DNA of 64,000 nt. Source: an uncultured delta proteobacterium (GTDB lineage: Bacteria; Desulfobacterota; Desulfobacteria; Desulfobacterales; QNYZ01). The stretch covers positions 32,001 through 96,000 of the forward strand of contig CAWJQU010000015.1 of the NCBI GenBank assembly GCA_963845145.1, in the 5' to 3' direction. Shown one piece after another: positions 1 to 10,749 of this stretch (position 1 is its first letter; every line of letters starts with the position of its first letter). Made by a program: the position numbers and the translations under genes. The notes below the pieces were generated by a model. The model saw only the letters and a program-made list of their open reading frames with translations. It made no database searches and had not been told where the DNA came from.

Positions 1-2
1 CG

Positions 3-713
3 CCGGCTATTCAGGAAAAGGAGCGCAAGCTCAAAGGAGCCAAATTGTGGGGACGAGCGGCGTTAATGATGGTGCCGTCCATTTTTTTGATCGTTGCCGT
101 GTTGGGGTCGATTATCGGCGGCATTGCTTCGCCCACGGAGGCCTCGGGTGTAGGCGCTTTGGCCGCACTTATCATTGCTGCTGCGTACCGCAAATTGTCC
201 TACACCAATGTTAGGGCGGCGGCTTATACGACCCTGACGGTGACGGCCATGGTCTTTTTCATCATTATCGGGGCATCGATTTTCAATTCGGTGTTCCTCT
301 ATCTGGGCGGCGGCGCCTTGATTAAAAGTTTACTGATGGGCCTCCCCCTGGGCAAATGGTTCGTGCTTTTTGTCATGATGTTTGTTCTTTTTATTTTAGG
401 ATTTTTCATCTCCTGGCAGGGTTTGCTGTACGTGGTCGTTCCCATTTTTCTACCGGTTGCCATCAAGCTGGGGTTTAACCCCTTATGGTTTGGCCTTTTG
501 ATCTGTCTCAACTTACAAATGTCTTTTTTAACACCACCTTTTGCATATGCCATCTTCTTTGTAAAAGGGGCCGCGCCACCGGAGGTTAAAACCTGGGATA
601 TCTATCGCGGCGTCATCCCATTTGTTATTTTACAAGCAATTGCTGTTTTTCTTTGCATTGTTTTTCCCGATATCATTCTGTGGTTGCCCAGGGCCACTCT
701 TGGTGCCGGGTGA
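3..713 (+). CDS. dctM: TRAP transporter large permease (DctM), 5'-partial
   Basis: Frame open from the window start. Highly hydrophobic, with DctM motifs GGIASPTEASGVG, LGFNPLWFG and SFLTPPF. Confidence 0.9.
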   Translation, partial: PAIQEKERKLKGAKLWGRAALMMVPSIFLIVAVLGSIIGGIASPTEASGVGALAALIIAAAYRKLSYTNVRAAAYTTLTVTAMVFFIIIGASIFNSVFLYLGGGALIKSLLMGLPLGKWFVLFVMMFVLFILGFFISWQGLLYVVVPIFLPVAIKLGFNPLWFGLLICLNLQMSFLTPPFAYAIFFVKGAAPPEVKTWDIYRGVIPFVILQAIAVFLCIVFPDIILWLPRATLGAG

Positions 714-732
714 AGACCAAGACGCATTAATT

Positions 733-1443
733 ATGGCCAAAATATCACTCACCGACAAAGCCTACATTCAAATAAAAGAATGGATCATTGGCTTTCGATT
801 GAAACCGGGGAATCATCTATCCATAGGGCAACTGGCTGAAGCCCTTGGTATCAGCCGGACACCCATACGCGAGGCCTTAAGCCGGTTAGAGCAGGAGTAT
901 CTTGTCGTCCGGTCGCCGATGAAAGGCTTTACCGTAAAAGCCACAGATTTTAAAGAAATTGCGGATTTGTTCGAGGTTCGAACGGCCATTGAGCTGCTTG
1001 CCGTAAAACAGGCAGCCAAACGGATCAACCCGGAAACGCGCAAGCAGCTGGCAAAGAGTTTAAAAGCAACCGATCAATGGCTTAAACAGGGGGAGAAATC
1101 CCACTCTCTTAAACTCGAACAAAATTTTCATATGAAAATTCTTGATGCGAGTGGCAATATACCCTTAGCTGAAGTGGGACGCGGAATTTTAGAGCGCATC
1201 TGGTCCATCCAAAGATTCAATATCATCACCTCCGATATGCTGGCCCAAGCCCACAAAGAGCACACAGAAATTTTTCAATCTTTATCAGCGAGTGATACCA
1301 AGCAGGCAGAGAGACGGATGCGCCGACACATGAAACACACCACCAAAGGGCTCATGTCCCGCCTGGAAAACCAACATGATATCATTCAAAACGCAATCGC
1401 CTTCGATCCCAATAAATGGCTTAAATCCAAACTATTGATGTAA
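733..1443 (+). CDS. GntR-family transcriptional regulator (FCD domain)
   Basis: Winged HTH LAEALGISRTPIREALSRLEQE and FCD-like C-terminus (FH...EH...MRRH). ATG at 733 is preferred over the overlapping start at 622. Confidence 0.9.
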   Translation: MAKISLTDKAYIQIKEWIIGFRLKPGNHLSIGQLAEALGISRTPIREALSRLEQEYLVVRSPMKGFTVKATDFKEIADLFEVRTAIELLAVKQAAKRINPETRKQLAKSLKATDQWLKQGEKSHSLKLEQNFHMKILDASGNIPLAEVGRGILERIWSIQRFNIITSDMLAQAHKEHTEIFQSLSASDTKQAERRMRRHMKHTTKGLMSRLENQHDIIQNAIAFDPNKWLKSKLLM

Positions 1444-1490
1444 TCTAAAAAGTAGATTTAATGTGCAAACCATTTAGGAGTTCAGACAAG

Positions 1491-2255
1491 ATGAGCCGCA
1501 CGGACATATTGGAGGGTCGCTTTGGGATCGTTACGGGTGCCGCCAGTGGCATTGGTTACGCAACAGCAATCCAATTGGCAAAGGGGGGCGCCCAAATCGC
1601 AGCGGTGGATATTGACAACAATGGGCTTGACATATTGGCGGCCGCTTTTGATCAAGAAAACTTACCCCGCCCTTTAATTTTCCCATCTGATGCAACAAAG
1701 GAACAGACGGCAAAAAGGGTTATTGATGAAGCCTTCACCACTTTTGGCACGATTGATTTTCTTGTAAACAGTACCGGAATCCTTAGGAGAACGCCATTTT
1801 TAGATATCACGTTGGATGAATGGGATATGATGATTAACGTCAATCTGCGTGGCCCGCTTCTTTTTTGCAAACGTGTGGCGCGCATAATGGCGGATCAAAA
1901 AAAAGGTGTGATTGTCAATGTCGCCTCCCTGGCCGGAAGGTCCTCAAGTATACTGGGTGGCGCCCACTACACCGCTGCCAAACATGCGTTAATCGGTCTA
2001 TCACGTCATATGGCGAGGGAGTTGTCGCCTTTAGGCATAAGAATTAACGCGTTTTGCCCCGGTGCCACCCTAACGCCCATGACCACGGAAGCGACCACGG
2101 ATGAAGAGGTTCAGACCATAGCAAACGCCATCCCTAGAAGAAAATGGGCCAGTGCCGAAGAGCAGGCGGCCGTCATTGCATTTTTAGTCTCCGACGCCGC
2201 CATCAATATTACCGGTGCATGCATCGACAGCAATGGGGGTGCATTGATGGTGTGA
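1491..2255 (+). CDS. SDR-family NAD(P)-dependent oxidoreductase
   Basis: VTGAASGIG, catalytic YTAAK and NAFCPG motifs. AGGAG RBS upstream of ATG 1491. Confidence 0.92.
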   Translation: MSRTDILEGRFGIVTGAASGIGYATAIQLAKGGAQIAAVDIDNNGLDILAAAFDQENLPRPLIFPSDATKEQTAKRVIDEAFTTFGTIDFLVNSTGILRRTPFLDITLDEWDMMINVNLRGPLLFCKRVARIMADQKKGVIVNVASLAGRSSSILGGAHYTAAKHALIGLSRHMARELSPLGIRINAFCPGATLTPMTTEATTDEEVQTIANAIPRRKWASAEEQAAVIAFLVSDAAINITGACIDSNGGALMV

Positions 2256-2347
2256 CCGAAAAATGGGATTAGCTTTTGGGGATTTAAATACATCGCAATA
2301 TATACGCATACAACTTACGTCTTTGAGTGGTTCGGTTGGAGAAAAAT

Positions 2348-3316
2348 ATGATAGACGATAAAAATGTATTACTCGATATCTACAAAAAAATGGTCACGAT
2401 TCGCCAGTTTGAAACAATGGCGGGTGAATTCTTTGCCGCCGGCAAAATCCCGGGATTTATTCATCTGTCCATCGGGCAGGAAGCCAGCAGTGTCGGGGTC
2501 TGTTCTTGCCTGAGGGTAGATGATTATGTCATCACTACCCACCGTGGGCATGGGCACATGATCGCCAAGGGGGCCGACCTAAAACGCATGACCGCCGAGC
2601 TTTTCGGCAAAAAAACCGGCTATTGCAAAGGCAAAGGCGGCTCCATGCATGTCGCCGACTTTTCGATCGGCTTTCTAGGCGCAAACGGCGTTGTGGCCGG
2701 AGGGCTTCCCATCATTACCGGTGCGGGTTTATCCATCAAAATGCGAAAGACCGATCAGGTGGGCGTCTGCTTTTTTGGTGATGGTGCTACCAATCGTGGC
2801 CCTGTACATGAGGCCATGAATATGGCTGCCATCTGGAAGTTACCCATCATCTTCGTTGTTGAAAACAACCAATGGTCTTCAACGACGCCCTTAAACTACT
2901 CATGCTCCGTGACGGACCTATACAAGCGGGCCGATGCGTACAATATGCCCGGTATTATGGTCGACGGCAATGATGTCCTAGCCGTGCGTGACGTCACGGC
3001 CGAAGCCGTAAACCGTGCCAGGATGGGTGAGGGACCGACATTTATAGAAAACAAAACCTACCGCATCAAGGGTCATTTTGAAGGGGATCCACAAAAATAT
3101 CGAACGGATGAAGAGGTCCGTCAATGGCAAAATGAAAAAGACCCGATCCACCGTTTTTCCCAGGTTTTGATTAAAAAGAACGTCCTTACCCAAGAACTGA
3201 CAGATCAAATTTTATCCGAGGTTCAGGGCATGTTAGAAGAGGCCGCCACGTTCGCGGAAGAAAGCCCTTTCCCCGAACCGGAGGATGCATTGACCGATTT
3301 ATATATAGAGTCTTAA
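2348..3316 (+). CDS. acoA: TPP-dependent dehydrogenase E1 alpha subunit (acetoin/pyruvate dehydrogenase type)
   Basis: HLSIGQEA, THRGHGH, GKGGSMH and the TPP motif GDGA...ENN. Exact substrate is uncertain. Confidence 0.85.
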   Translation: MIDDKNVLLDIYKKMVTIRQFETMAGEFFAAGKIPGFIHLSIGQEASSVGVCSCLRVDDYVITTHRGHGHMIAKGADLKRMTAELFGKKTGYCKGKGGSMHVADFSIGFLGANGVVAGGLPIITGAGLSIKMRKTDQVGVCFFGDGATNRGPVHEAMNMAAIWKLPIIFVVENNQWSSTTPLNYSCSVTDLYKRADAYNMPGIMVDGNDVLAVRDVTAEAVNRARMGEGPTFIENKTYRIKGHFEGDPQKYRTDEEVRQWQNEKDPIHRFSQVLIKKNVLTQELTDQILSEVQGMLEEAATFAEESPFPEPEDALTDLYIES

Positions 3317-3321
3317 GAGGG

Positions 3322-4308
3322 ATGGCTATGTCTGATAGGATACTTACCGCCTCTGCCGCTTTGGCGGAAGCATTACATGAAGAGATGCAGCGTGACGAGA
3401 CCATTTTTATCCTCGGTGAAGACCTGGTCTCCCACGCGGGTATTTTTGGCCAATTCGAGGGGATTCCTGAAAAATTCCCCGGACGAATTATCGATACCCC
3501 TATATCCGAAGCCTGCATTGCCGGCTGCGGCGTGGGCGCGGCCCTCACCGGGATGCGGCCCATTGTCGATTTTCATTTTTCCGACTTTGTCACCTGCGGC
3601 ATGGATGAGTTGGTCAACCAGGCGGCCAAGATCCGTTATATGTTCGGCGGTCAGGCCAAGATACCTATGGTGGTATGGTGTCCGGATGGTGCCGGCATTC
3701 GGGCCGCGGCGCAACACTCGCAATCTCTGGAGGCCTGGTTTGTACATACCCCTGGGCTTAAAGTCGTCGTACCCAGTGAACCCGGGGATGTAAAAGGGTT
3801 GATCAAGGCCGCCATTCGAGACGACAACCCCGTCATGTTTTTTCAGCATAAAAAGCTGTTTGCCAAGGAGGGCCACGTTCCCAAAGATGATCATATCATT
3901 CCCTTGGGCCGTGCCGCTGTTAAAAAAGAGGGCAAAGATGTCACGCTTCTCTGCTACGGCGCAGGCTTCTACCTTTGTAAGGAAGCAGCAGAGATTCTTA
4001 ATAAAGATCAGATCGAAGCGGAGATCATCGATCTTCGGACGCTAAAACCGCTGGATATGGAAACCATTGCGGCTTCCATCACCAAAACCCATCGGGCCGT
4101 CATCGTTCACGAAGCTTGTGTGACGGGCGGGTTTGGGGCAGAGCTTGCGGCCCAAATACAAGATAGGCTTTTCCATGAGCTCAAAGCTCCGATCAAGCGA
4201 GTGGGGGCCCGAGATGTGCCCATCCCTTTTTCGCCACCCCTGGAGGATTTTGTTCTGCCCAATATTGACGATGTGGTAACGGCGGCACATAGGGTAATGG
4301 GCCGGTAA
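3322..4308 (+). CDS. acoB: TPP-dependent dehydrogenase E1 beta subunit
   Basis: DTPISE, AAQHSQSLEAWF and IIDLRTLKPLD motifs. Confidence 0.85.
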   Translation: MAMSDRILTASAALAEALHEEMQRDETIFILGEDLVSHAGIFGQFEGIPEKFPGRIIDTPISEACIAGCGVGAALTGMRPIVDFHFSDFVTCGMDELVNQAAKIRYMFGGQAKIPMVVWCPDGAGIRAAAQHSQSLEAWFVHTPGLKVVVPSEPGDVKGLIKAAIRDDNPVMFFQHKKLFAKEGHVPKDDHIIPLGRAAVKKEGKDVTLLCYGAGFYLCKEAAEILNKDQIEAEIIDLRTLKPLDMETIAASITKTHRAVIVHEACVTGGFGAELAAQIQDRLFHELKAPIKRVGARDVPIPFSPPLEDFVLPNIDDVVTAAHRVMGR

Positions 4309-4435
4309 AAGACCATCAAGTTAAACGAATTCAACATACGGTGAGATCTTGAAAATAGACGCTTACCGCAAGAGCCTTAAGATAGCGCGAGTAAAACGGT
4401 TCTAGACTCATTTTTATGTATCGTTAGGGTGAGGT

Positions 4436-6735
4436 TCACTTCAACCCACTTTTCATCAACGCTTCTGCCAAAGCCCCCTGCAAGACCGGCTTTTGATTTT
4501 CCGCTGCGTTTTGATGCCGTTTTTTGTTTTGCGGACGACTCTTTTTAGATGTATCTTTGCGATTCTCTTTTTCCCCTGGCTCGCCGGATTTTTTTATGGG
4601 CCCGTCTTTTTTCAAAGACAGGGCGATCCGGTTCCGTTTTTTATCAATATCCAGTACGGTGACGGAAACCTTTTGCTGAACTTTCACGACATCGGCCGGA
4701 TTTTTCACGAACCGGTCCGCCATCTGGCTGACATGAACGAGACCATCCTGGTGGACACCGATATCCACAAATGCCCCAAAAGCGGTGATATTGGTTACAA
4801 TGCCGGGAAGTTTCATCCCCTTGCGCAAATCATCGATTTTTTCAATACCGTCTGCAAATGAAAACGCCTCAAATGTCTTTCGTGGATCTCGTCCGGGTTT
4901 GGCCAGCTCTTCCAGGATATCGTTTAATGTTGGAATACCGACGGTTTCCGTGACGTACCGGGACAGATCGATCTGTTTGCACAGGTCCGGTTTGTTCATT
5001 AAGTCTGTAACCGTCGCGTTCAGGTCTTTGGCCATGGCGTCGACGACCCCATAGCTTTCCGGATGCACTGCGCTGGCGTCGAGGGGGTTATCACCGCCGG
5101 TTATTCGCAAAAACCCGGCCGACTGTTCAAACGCTTTCGGCCCTAAGCGCGTTACCTTAAGAAGCGCCTTTCTTGCTTTAAAGGGGCCGTTGGCATCCCG
5201 ATGATTGACGATGTTTCGGGCAATCCCCGCATTAAGCCCGGAAACATAGGCCAGAAGCTGCGCACTGGCCCGGTTCAGGTCCACCCCGACACTATTGACA
5301 CAACTCATCACAACATCGTCTAGGGCCTGCCTGAGGGCCGCCTGATCGACATCATGCTGGTATTGGCCGACACCAATGGATTTAGGATCGATCTTTACCA
5401 GTTCCGCCAATGGGTCCATCAAGCGTCGCCCAATAGAGACCGACCCACGAACGGTCAAGTCGTGGTCCGGAAACTCTTCCCGGGCCACCTTTGACGCCGA
5501 ATAGACGGAAGCACCGCTCTCATTGACCATGACCACCTGGGGTTTTTCCGAAATTTCGATCGATTTGATAAATGCCTCGGTTTCGCGCCCTGCGGTACCG
5601 TTTCCGACGGCGATGGCCTCTATTTGAAACTTTTGGCACAGGGACTGCACTTTTACTGCATCTTCAGCCGCTTTTTTTTCTGACATATGAGGAAAAATGG
5701 TGTCGTTATGCAGGAGCATCCCCTGGCGGTCCAGGCAAACGACCTTGCACCCCGTTCTAAATCCAGGATCGATTCCCATAACGCGTTTGGCCCCTAAGGG
5801 GGGGGACAGTAAAAGTTGCCGAAGGTTATCGACAAATACCCGTATGGCTTCGGCATCGGCCTTCTCTTTCGTGTGAAGGCGGGTCTCCGTCTCCATGGTG
5901 GAGGATAAAAGCCGTTTGTATCCATCGCTGATGGCCAATGCCACCTGGTGAGAATCTTCGCCCTCCCCCTTTATGAACAAGCCTTCCATGATGGCCAGCG
6001 CATCTTCTTTCTCCGGCAACATGTCAAGAAACAGAATCTCTTCCTTTTCACCGCGCCGCATGGCCAGCAACCGATGCGACGGGACTTTGGCAACAGGCTC
6101 CTCCCATTCAAAATAATCCTTGAACTTGGCCCCCTGTTCTTCCTTGCCGGTCGTCACCCGGCTTTTTATGGTCGCCTTAGTAAAAAACAGGTCGCGCATA
6201 CGGGCACGGACTTTTTCGTTCTCACAGACCTGCTCGGCGATAATGTCCCTGGCCCCGGCTAAGGCGTCTTCCGGGGTAGCAACCTGTTCTCTTGATCGAC
6301 GTATTTTCGTGCCTCTTGATTCGGATCAATGCCGGTTTGTTCCAAAATAAGAAGCGCCAGGGGCTCTAACCCCTTCTCCTTAGCAATAACCGCCTTGGTT
6401 CGCCGTTTCGGTTTAAAGGGCAGATAGATATCTTCAAGCACCGCCAATGTCTCCGCTTCGAGAACCTTTTGGCGAAGCGCATCTGTGAGATGCCCATGTT
6501 TTTCTAACGATTTTAAGACCGTTTCCCGCCGCTTACGAAGATCGTCCAGTTAATTGAGCCTGTCACGGATGGCCGTAACAGCCACCTCATCCAAATTTCC
6601 CGTGGCTTCTTTACGATACCTTGAGATAAAAGGAATGGTCGCACCATCTGCAAGCAAAGATTCAACAGCGGCTACCTGTTGGGTGTTAATATTGAGTTCT
6701 TGTGAAATAATGCTGGAAAATGTATTTGGTTCCAT
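4436..6735 (-). pseudogene. tex: Tex/YhgF RNA-binding transcription accessory protein, interrupted by an in-frame TAA (6550-6552) and a 1-nt frameshift (~6288)
   Basis: GATIPFISRYRKEATG N-terminus, EDIYLPFKPKRRTKA, GIDPGFRTGCK, NESGASVYSAS and S1 domain FGAFVDIGVHQDGLVHVSQ. Three ORF pieces are colinear. Real lesion versus sequencing error is unresolved. Confidence 0.85.
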
Positions 6736-7124
6736 AATCACCTGTGTTTTTTTTAATTCAAGGTTGCTCTATTATTTAATCGCCAAATATCGCCTAAATA
6801 ACAATCTGATACTCGAACACCTGAAAAGTCGAGTTCAAGCTGGATTACTGAAAGAGAATCATTTTGTAAAGAAGAAAGGGCTATTTCAGCAAATTTGATA
6901 TCTGCGCACTAGGACAGAGTAGGAAAAATAACCTCTTTTGTATTATAAGCGGGTTACCCTGATCTTTTGATAAGTATAATAATAGTTGGTTATTAAAGAA
7001 AAAGAGTGTATCTATCTTTTATATAACAAAAAAATCAATATTGTTTTAACTTGACAAAGACTAGCTTATTATGCATTTACATTCAATTAAATTAAAATCA
7101 ACTTAGAGATGATGGGAGTCGGAC

Positions 7125-7655
7125 ATGGCGAAAAAGACCAATAAAACAAACCATGCACGCCGTAAACTTCTCAAGCAGATGGCAATCGGCAGCGGCGCTA
7201 TCACGGGATTTTATCTGTTACCCAAAAAATGGACAACCCCCATCATCGATTCAATCATCATTCCAGCACACGCCCAAACCAGTAACCCTGAGGTCACGTT
7301 CGACATCAATTGTACAGCTGGCGTTCCATCTGAGGGGGCACAATGCAGTACAATTGCGCAGTCTTTTATTTTGGACGGCTCAGTTTCAGCCAGTGACGGC
7401 AGAGACATGACTGGCGTGCCACTAAATGTTGCCTATAGAGGGGCCATTCAAGCAGGTGGTTTTGGTGTCGATACTTTTACAATTTCAACCGACCCGGGAA
7501 ACACTTTTTCCTTGACCGGTGTTGCTGAACCTCCTGCAGGGCAATTATGGGCGACTCCCAACAATAGCATAACGGTTGTTTTTACGGATCAAGCCGCTTT
7601 TGGAACTGCAACCTGCTCCCAGACAGGATCTTGTATATCAGGTGTGGAGAATTGA
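7125..7655 (+). CDS. Hypothetical exported protein with twin-arginine-like leader ending WTTPIIDSIIIPAHAQTS
   Basis: GGGAG RBS, ARRKLLK twin-Arg motif, AHA cleavage site and a beta-rich mature part with 4 Cys. Confidence 0.75.
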   Translation: MAKKTNKTNHARRKLLKQMAIGSGAITGFYLLPKKWTTPIIDSIIIPAHAQTSNPEVTFDINCTAGVPSEGAQCSTIAQSFILDGSVSASDGRDMTGVPLNVAYRGAIQAGGFGVDTFTISTDPGNTFSLTGVAEPPAGQLWATPNNSITVVFTDQAAFGTATCSQTGSCISGVEN

Positions 7656-8041
7656 TTAGACAGCTTGATCGATTGCCGCCCTACTATGCCTTTGTTTAAA
7701 AACCCATAATGTTTCTCATCATACGAGTAGATTTTGACTAAGACCATATCCAATCTTGACGTTCGACGATGAGAGATTAACGAAAAACCCTTCAGCGTGT
7801 TTGATTCTCATACCCATCAAAAGAATATTCATTTACGGATTGGCCCCCGCCATAAAATACCATTACTCCGCTTTATTGTTAGTAAAACATCTATTGTGAA
7901 AAAAAGGTGTTACTGAAAGGCAAACCCCACATCAAAAAGATGTACTATTTTTCACAACTTGAAACACTTGAATCAGCACTTCACCTTGGATTGCCCTATA
8001 ACTCGCTTAAATAAATGGCGATATTGAATAATTGTTATAAT

Positions 8042-8057
8042 TGGCATATTTTTTGCT
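8042..8057 (+). promoter_or_regulatory. Sigma54 -24/-12 promoter of the PEP-CTERM gene
   Basis: TGGCATATTTTTTGCT matches TGGCA-N6-TTGC with exact GG-N10-GC spacing, about 65 nt before the ATG. Confidence 0.8.
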
Positions 8058-8121
8058 GATTTAGTGCACTGACTTTCAATTGTTCCAGAGTCTATATATT
8101 TAGAGGTAAGAAGAGGGCGTT

Positions 8122-8685
8122 ATGAAAAACATGAAAATCATTTTAATGAGCTTTATATTGTTATTGGTTACTGCAGGTGCCGCCAGCGCACTATATATTG
8201 AAACAATCGATCTATGTCCTGATGATGGGGGTTGCTTGGTCGGCTTCGGTGCGTACGACATAGGTACCGATCTATTTATTGACCACACCTACGATTTTTC
8301 TGAACCAAATCCGATTGAATTTGTAACATTGTCTATAGTTGCTGATGATGTTGATTATGGAGAGGAAGACGAAGTATTTGTCAATGGGAATTCGGTGGGA
8401 TTCCTATCGATGTTAAACAGCTATTCGCACTTTGATTATCAGCCGGGCCCCGGCAATAATAAACAAGGCTTAACAACGTCTGTTTTTGATCTGGATCCCG
8501 CTATTCTAGATTGGACCATCCCGATTCGAATTCACATTAACACTAATTGGGAGCTTGAAATTGAAAGCTCAACCCTAACTGTTCAGGGGGCTGCACCTGT
8601 GCCCGAACCGGCAACGATAATGCTCCTGGGAACTGGTTTGGTCGGACTGATCGGGATGCGAAAGAGAAAAATTAAAGCAGATTGA
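8122..8685 (+). CDS. PEP-CTERM sorting domain protein
   Basis: N-terminal signal peptide. C-terminal VPEPATIMLLGTGLVGLIGMRKRK (PEP, TM helix, basic tail). Confidence 0.93.
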   Translation: MKNMKIILMSFILLLVTAGAASALYIETIDLCPDDGGCLVGFGAYDIGTDLFIDHTYDFSEPNPIEFVTLSIVADDVDYGEEDEVFVNGNSVGFLSMLNSYSHFDYQPGPGNNKQGLTTSVFDLDPAILDWTIPIRIHINTNWELEIESSTLTVQGAAPVPEPATIMLLGTGLVGLIGMRKRKIKAD

Positions 8686-8847
8686 TAATCTTCCTTGATT
8701 TTCCTTATACACAATTTCAACTGTCGATAACGAAATTATAATAGAAGGAGCCATAAGACGCTTTATATTTTCATTTCAAATGTGTGTCTTAAACAGCCAT
8801 TCACAAAATGCTATGTCCAATCCATTCTGGGAGCAAAGACGTTACGA

Positions 8848-9486
8848 CTACCCCTCATATATCACAGCCAGAATCGTGGCCTGGCCTTCTTTGGCCGCGA
8901 TCAGGTGGGGCGTTGTGGATGGATAATACGCGCTGTCGCCTGCCGTTAAATCATAATGATCGTCGGCAATATCCAATGACACGACACCGTCCATCACATA
9001 GATAAACTCCTCGCCTTCGTGGACGGACAACTCCCCTTCAAAATTTTCTTCCAATTGCACCATCAAGGCTTCCATGTGCCGTCCTTTGACGTCCGGGGCC
9101 AGGTCTTTATATAGATAGACTTGTTTTTGCCCGGTTTTGGAAGTGGAGCGGGAGACCACTTTGCGTTCGTCCTTGCGGGTAATCGAGTACAGCTTATCAC
9201 CTTTTCCTGAAACCAAATGGCCCAGAGCGCTATCGAGGACTTTGGAAAGCTTAATGACCGTTCCTAGCTGGGGCTGCACCTTGTTCGTTTCGATATTCGC
9301 TAAAAAATCCTCTTCAAAGCCGGTCAATTTTGCCAGCTGCGCCAGGGTCAATCCCTTGGCCGTCCGTAACCTGCTGACCCGCTCTCCAATCTCTTCAACC
9401 GATTTTTGTCCGGTATCAACGATATCCCCGGTCAAATCCTCAAAGTAATCGACATTGATATATGGCTTCGATGTTTTTTCACTCAT
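8848..9486 (-). CDS. XRE-family HTH regulator with cupin domain
   Basis: LRTAKGLTLAQLAKLTG HTH. Cupin motifs HEGEEFIYVMDG and GDSAYYPSTTPH. Confidence 0.9.
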   Translation of the reverse strand: MSEKTSKPYINVDYFEDLTGDIVDTGQKSVEEIGERVSRLRTAKGLTLAQLAKLTGFEEDFLANIETNKVQPQLGTVIKLSKVLDSALGHLVSGKGDKLYSITRKDERKVVSRSTSKTGQKQVYLYKDLAPDVKGRHMEALMVQLEENFEGELSVHEGEEFIYVMDGVVSLDIADDHYDLTAGDSAYYPSTTPHLIAAKEGQATILAVIYEG

Positions 9487-9536
9487 TTTATTCTCCTTGA
9501 ATTAGAAAAATTACCGGATATTATCATCACCCGGTG

Positions 9537-10688
9537 TTAAAGCGCCCCCAAATGCCTGGCGATGACAATACGTTGAACTTCCGAGGTTCCCTCTCCGATT
9601 TCCAGCAGTTTCTGATCGCGATAAAATCGTTCAACTCCATATTCCCGCATCAATCCATAGCCACCATGAATTTGAACGGCATGGTCGGCACACAGGTGCA
9701 TGGCTTCCGAACAATATAGTTTTGCAATAGCGGCCTCCTTGGAGAAGGATTTTTTGTTATCCCTGAGCCAGCAGGCTTTATACAAAAGCAGGCGGGCCGC
9801 GTCCACCTGCATGGCCATATCCGCCAGCTTGAAAGCGGTGGCCTGAAAGCGGGCAATGGGCCGCCCGAATTGCTCGCGTTCCTGGGAATATTTTAAGGTC
9901 ATATCGAGACAGCCCTGGGCTCCCCCGAGGCCCATGGCGCCAATGGAGAGACGACCACCGTCTAACGTCTGCATCATCTGCTGAAATCCATGCCCGCGCT
10001 GGCCCAACAAATTTTCTTTGGGTACCCGACAATCATCGAAATAGAGCTCACTGGTATTGGAACCGCGCCACATCATTTTGCCGTGCATCGGCTTCGCCAG
10101 GTATCCGGGATTTCCCGACTCCACCAGAATGCACGATAATTCCGGTTTGCCGTCATCCCGCGTGCCGGTCCGGCAAAGGACGGTAACCCCGGTGGTAATG
10201 TCGGTGGATGCATTGGTAATGAAGATCTTCGTTCCGTTAATCACCCATTCTTCGCCGTCTAAAACCGCTCTGGTTTGCGCATTCCCTGCATCGGAGCCGG
10301 CATTGGGTTCGGTCAGCCCAAAACCCCATAATGCCTCACCCTGGCAAAGGGGTGGCAGATATTTTCGTTTTTGTGCCTCGCTTCCAAAATAATAAAGGGG
10401 GCCGATTCCCAAAGAATTTTCAGCAGCTACGGTGGCGGCGTGGGAGCCGTCCACACGGGCAATCTCCTCGGTGGCGATGATGTAAGAGACATAATCCATG
10501 GCCTGCCCGCCGTATTCTTCGGAGACAAAAATCCCAAATAGCCCCATTTCAGCCATCTTAGCCATGGTTTCGTAAGAAAACGCCTCCGCTTTATCCAACT
10601 CGTCGGCCACTGGACGAATTTCGCTCTCGGCGAATTTTCTCACCGTATCCCGCAGTATTTCCTGATCCATGGTTAAACTAAAATCCAT
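9537..10688 (-). CDS. Acyl-CoA dehydrogenase
   Basis: FGLTEPNAGSDA, INGTKIFITN, REQFGRPI, QIHGGYG and EIGEGTSEVQR motifs. Confidence 0.95.
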   Translation of the reverse strand: MDFSLTMDQEILRDTVRKFAESEIRPVADELDKAEAFSYETMAKMAEMGLFGIFVSEEYGGQAMDYVSYIIATEEIARVDGSHAATVAAENSLGIGPLYYFGSEAQKRKYLPPLCQGEALWGFGLTEPNAGSDAGNAQTRAVLDGEEWVINGTKIFITNASTDITTGVTVLCRTGTRDDGKPELSCILVESGNPGYLAKPMHGKMMWRGSNTSELYFDDCRVPKENLLGQRGHGFQQMMQTLDGGRLSIGAMGLGGAQGCLDMTLKYSQEREQFGRPIARFQATAFKLADMAMQVDAARLLLYKACWLRDNKKSFSKEAAIAKLYCSEAMHLCADHAVQIHGGYGLMREYGVERFYRDQKLLEIGEGTSEVQRIVIARHLGAL

Positions 10689-10749
10689 ACTTACTCCTTT
10701 CGGGTGACCCCGTTAGGCCTTTTTTGGCCATTAGATCTTTCCCTTTAGG

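Noticed and set aside
6550..6552. In-frame stop in tex as recoding
   Set aside because: The codon is TAA, not TGA or TAG, and it is not at a Cys position.
7915..7960. GGCAAACC as a c-di-GMP-I riboswitch
   Set aside because: It lacks the GNRA-capped P2 stem and the downstream GACGCAAAGC element.
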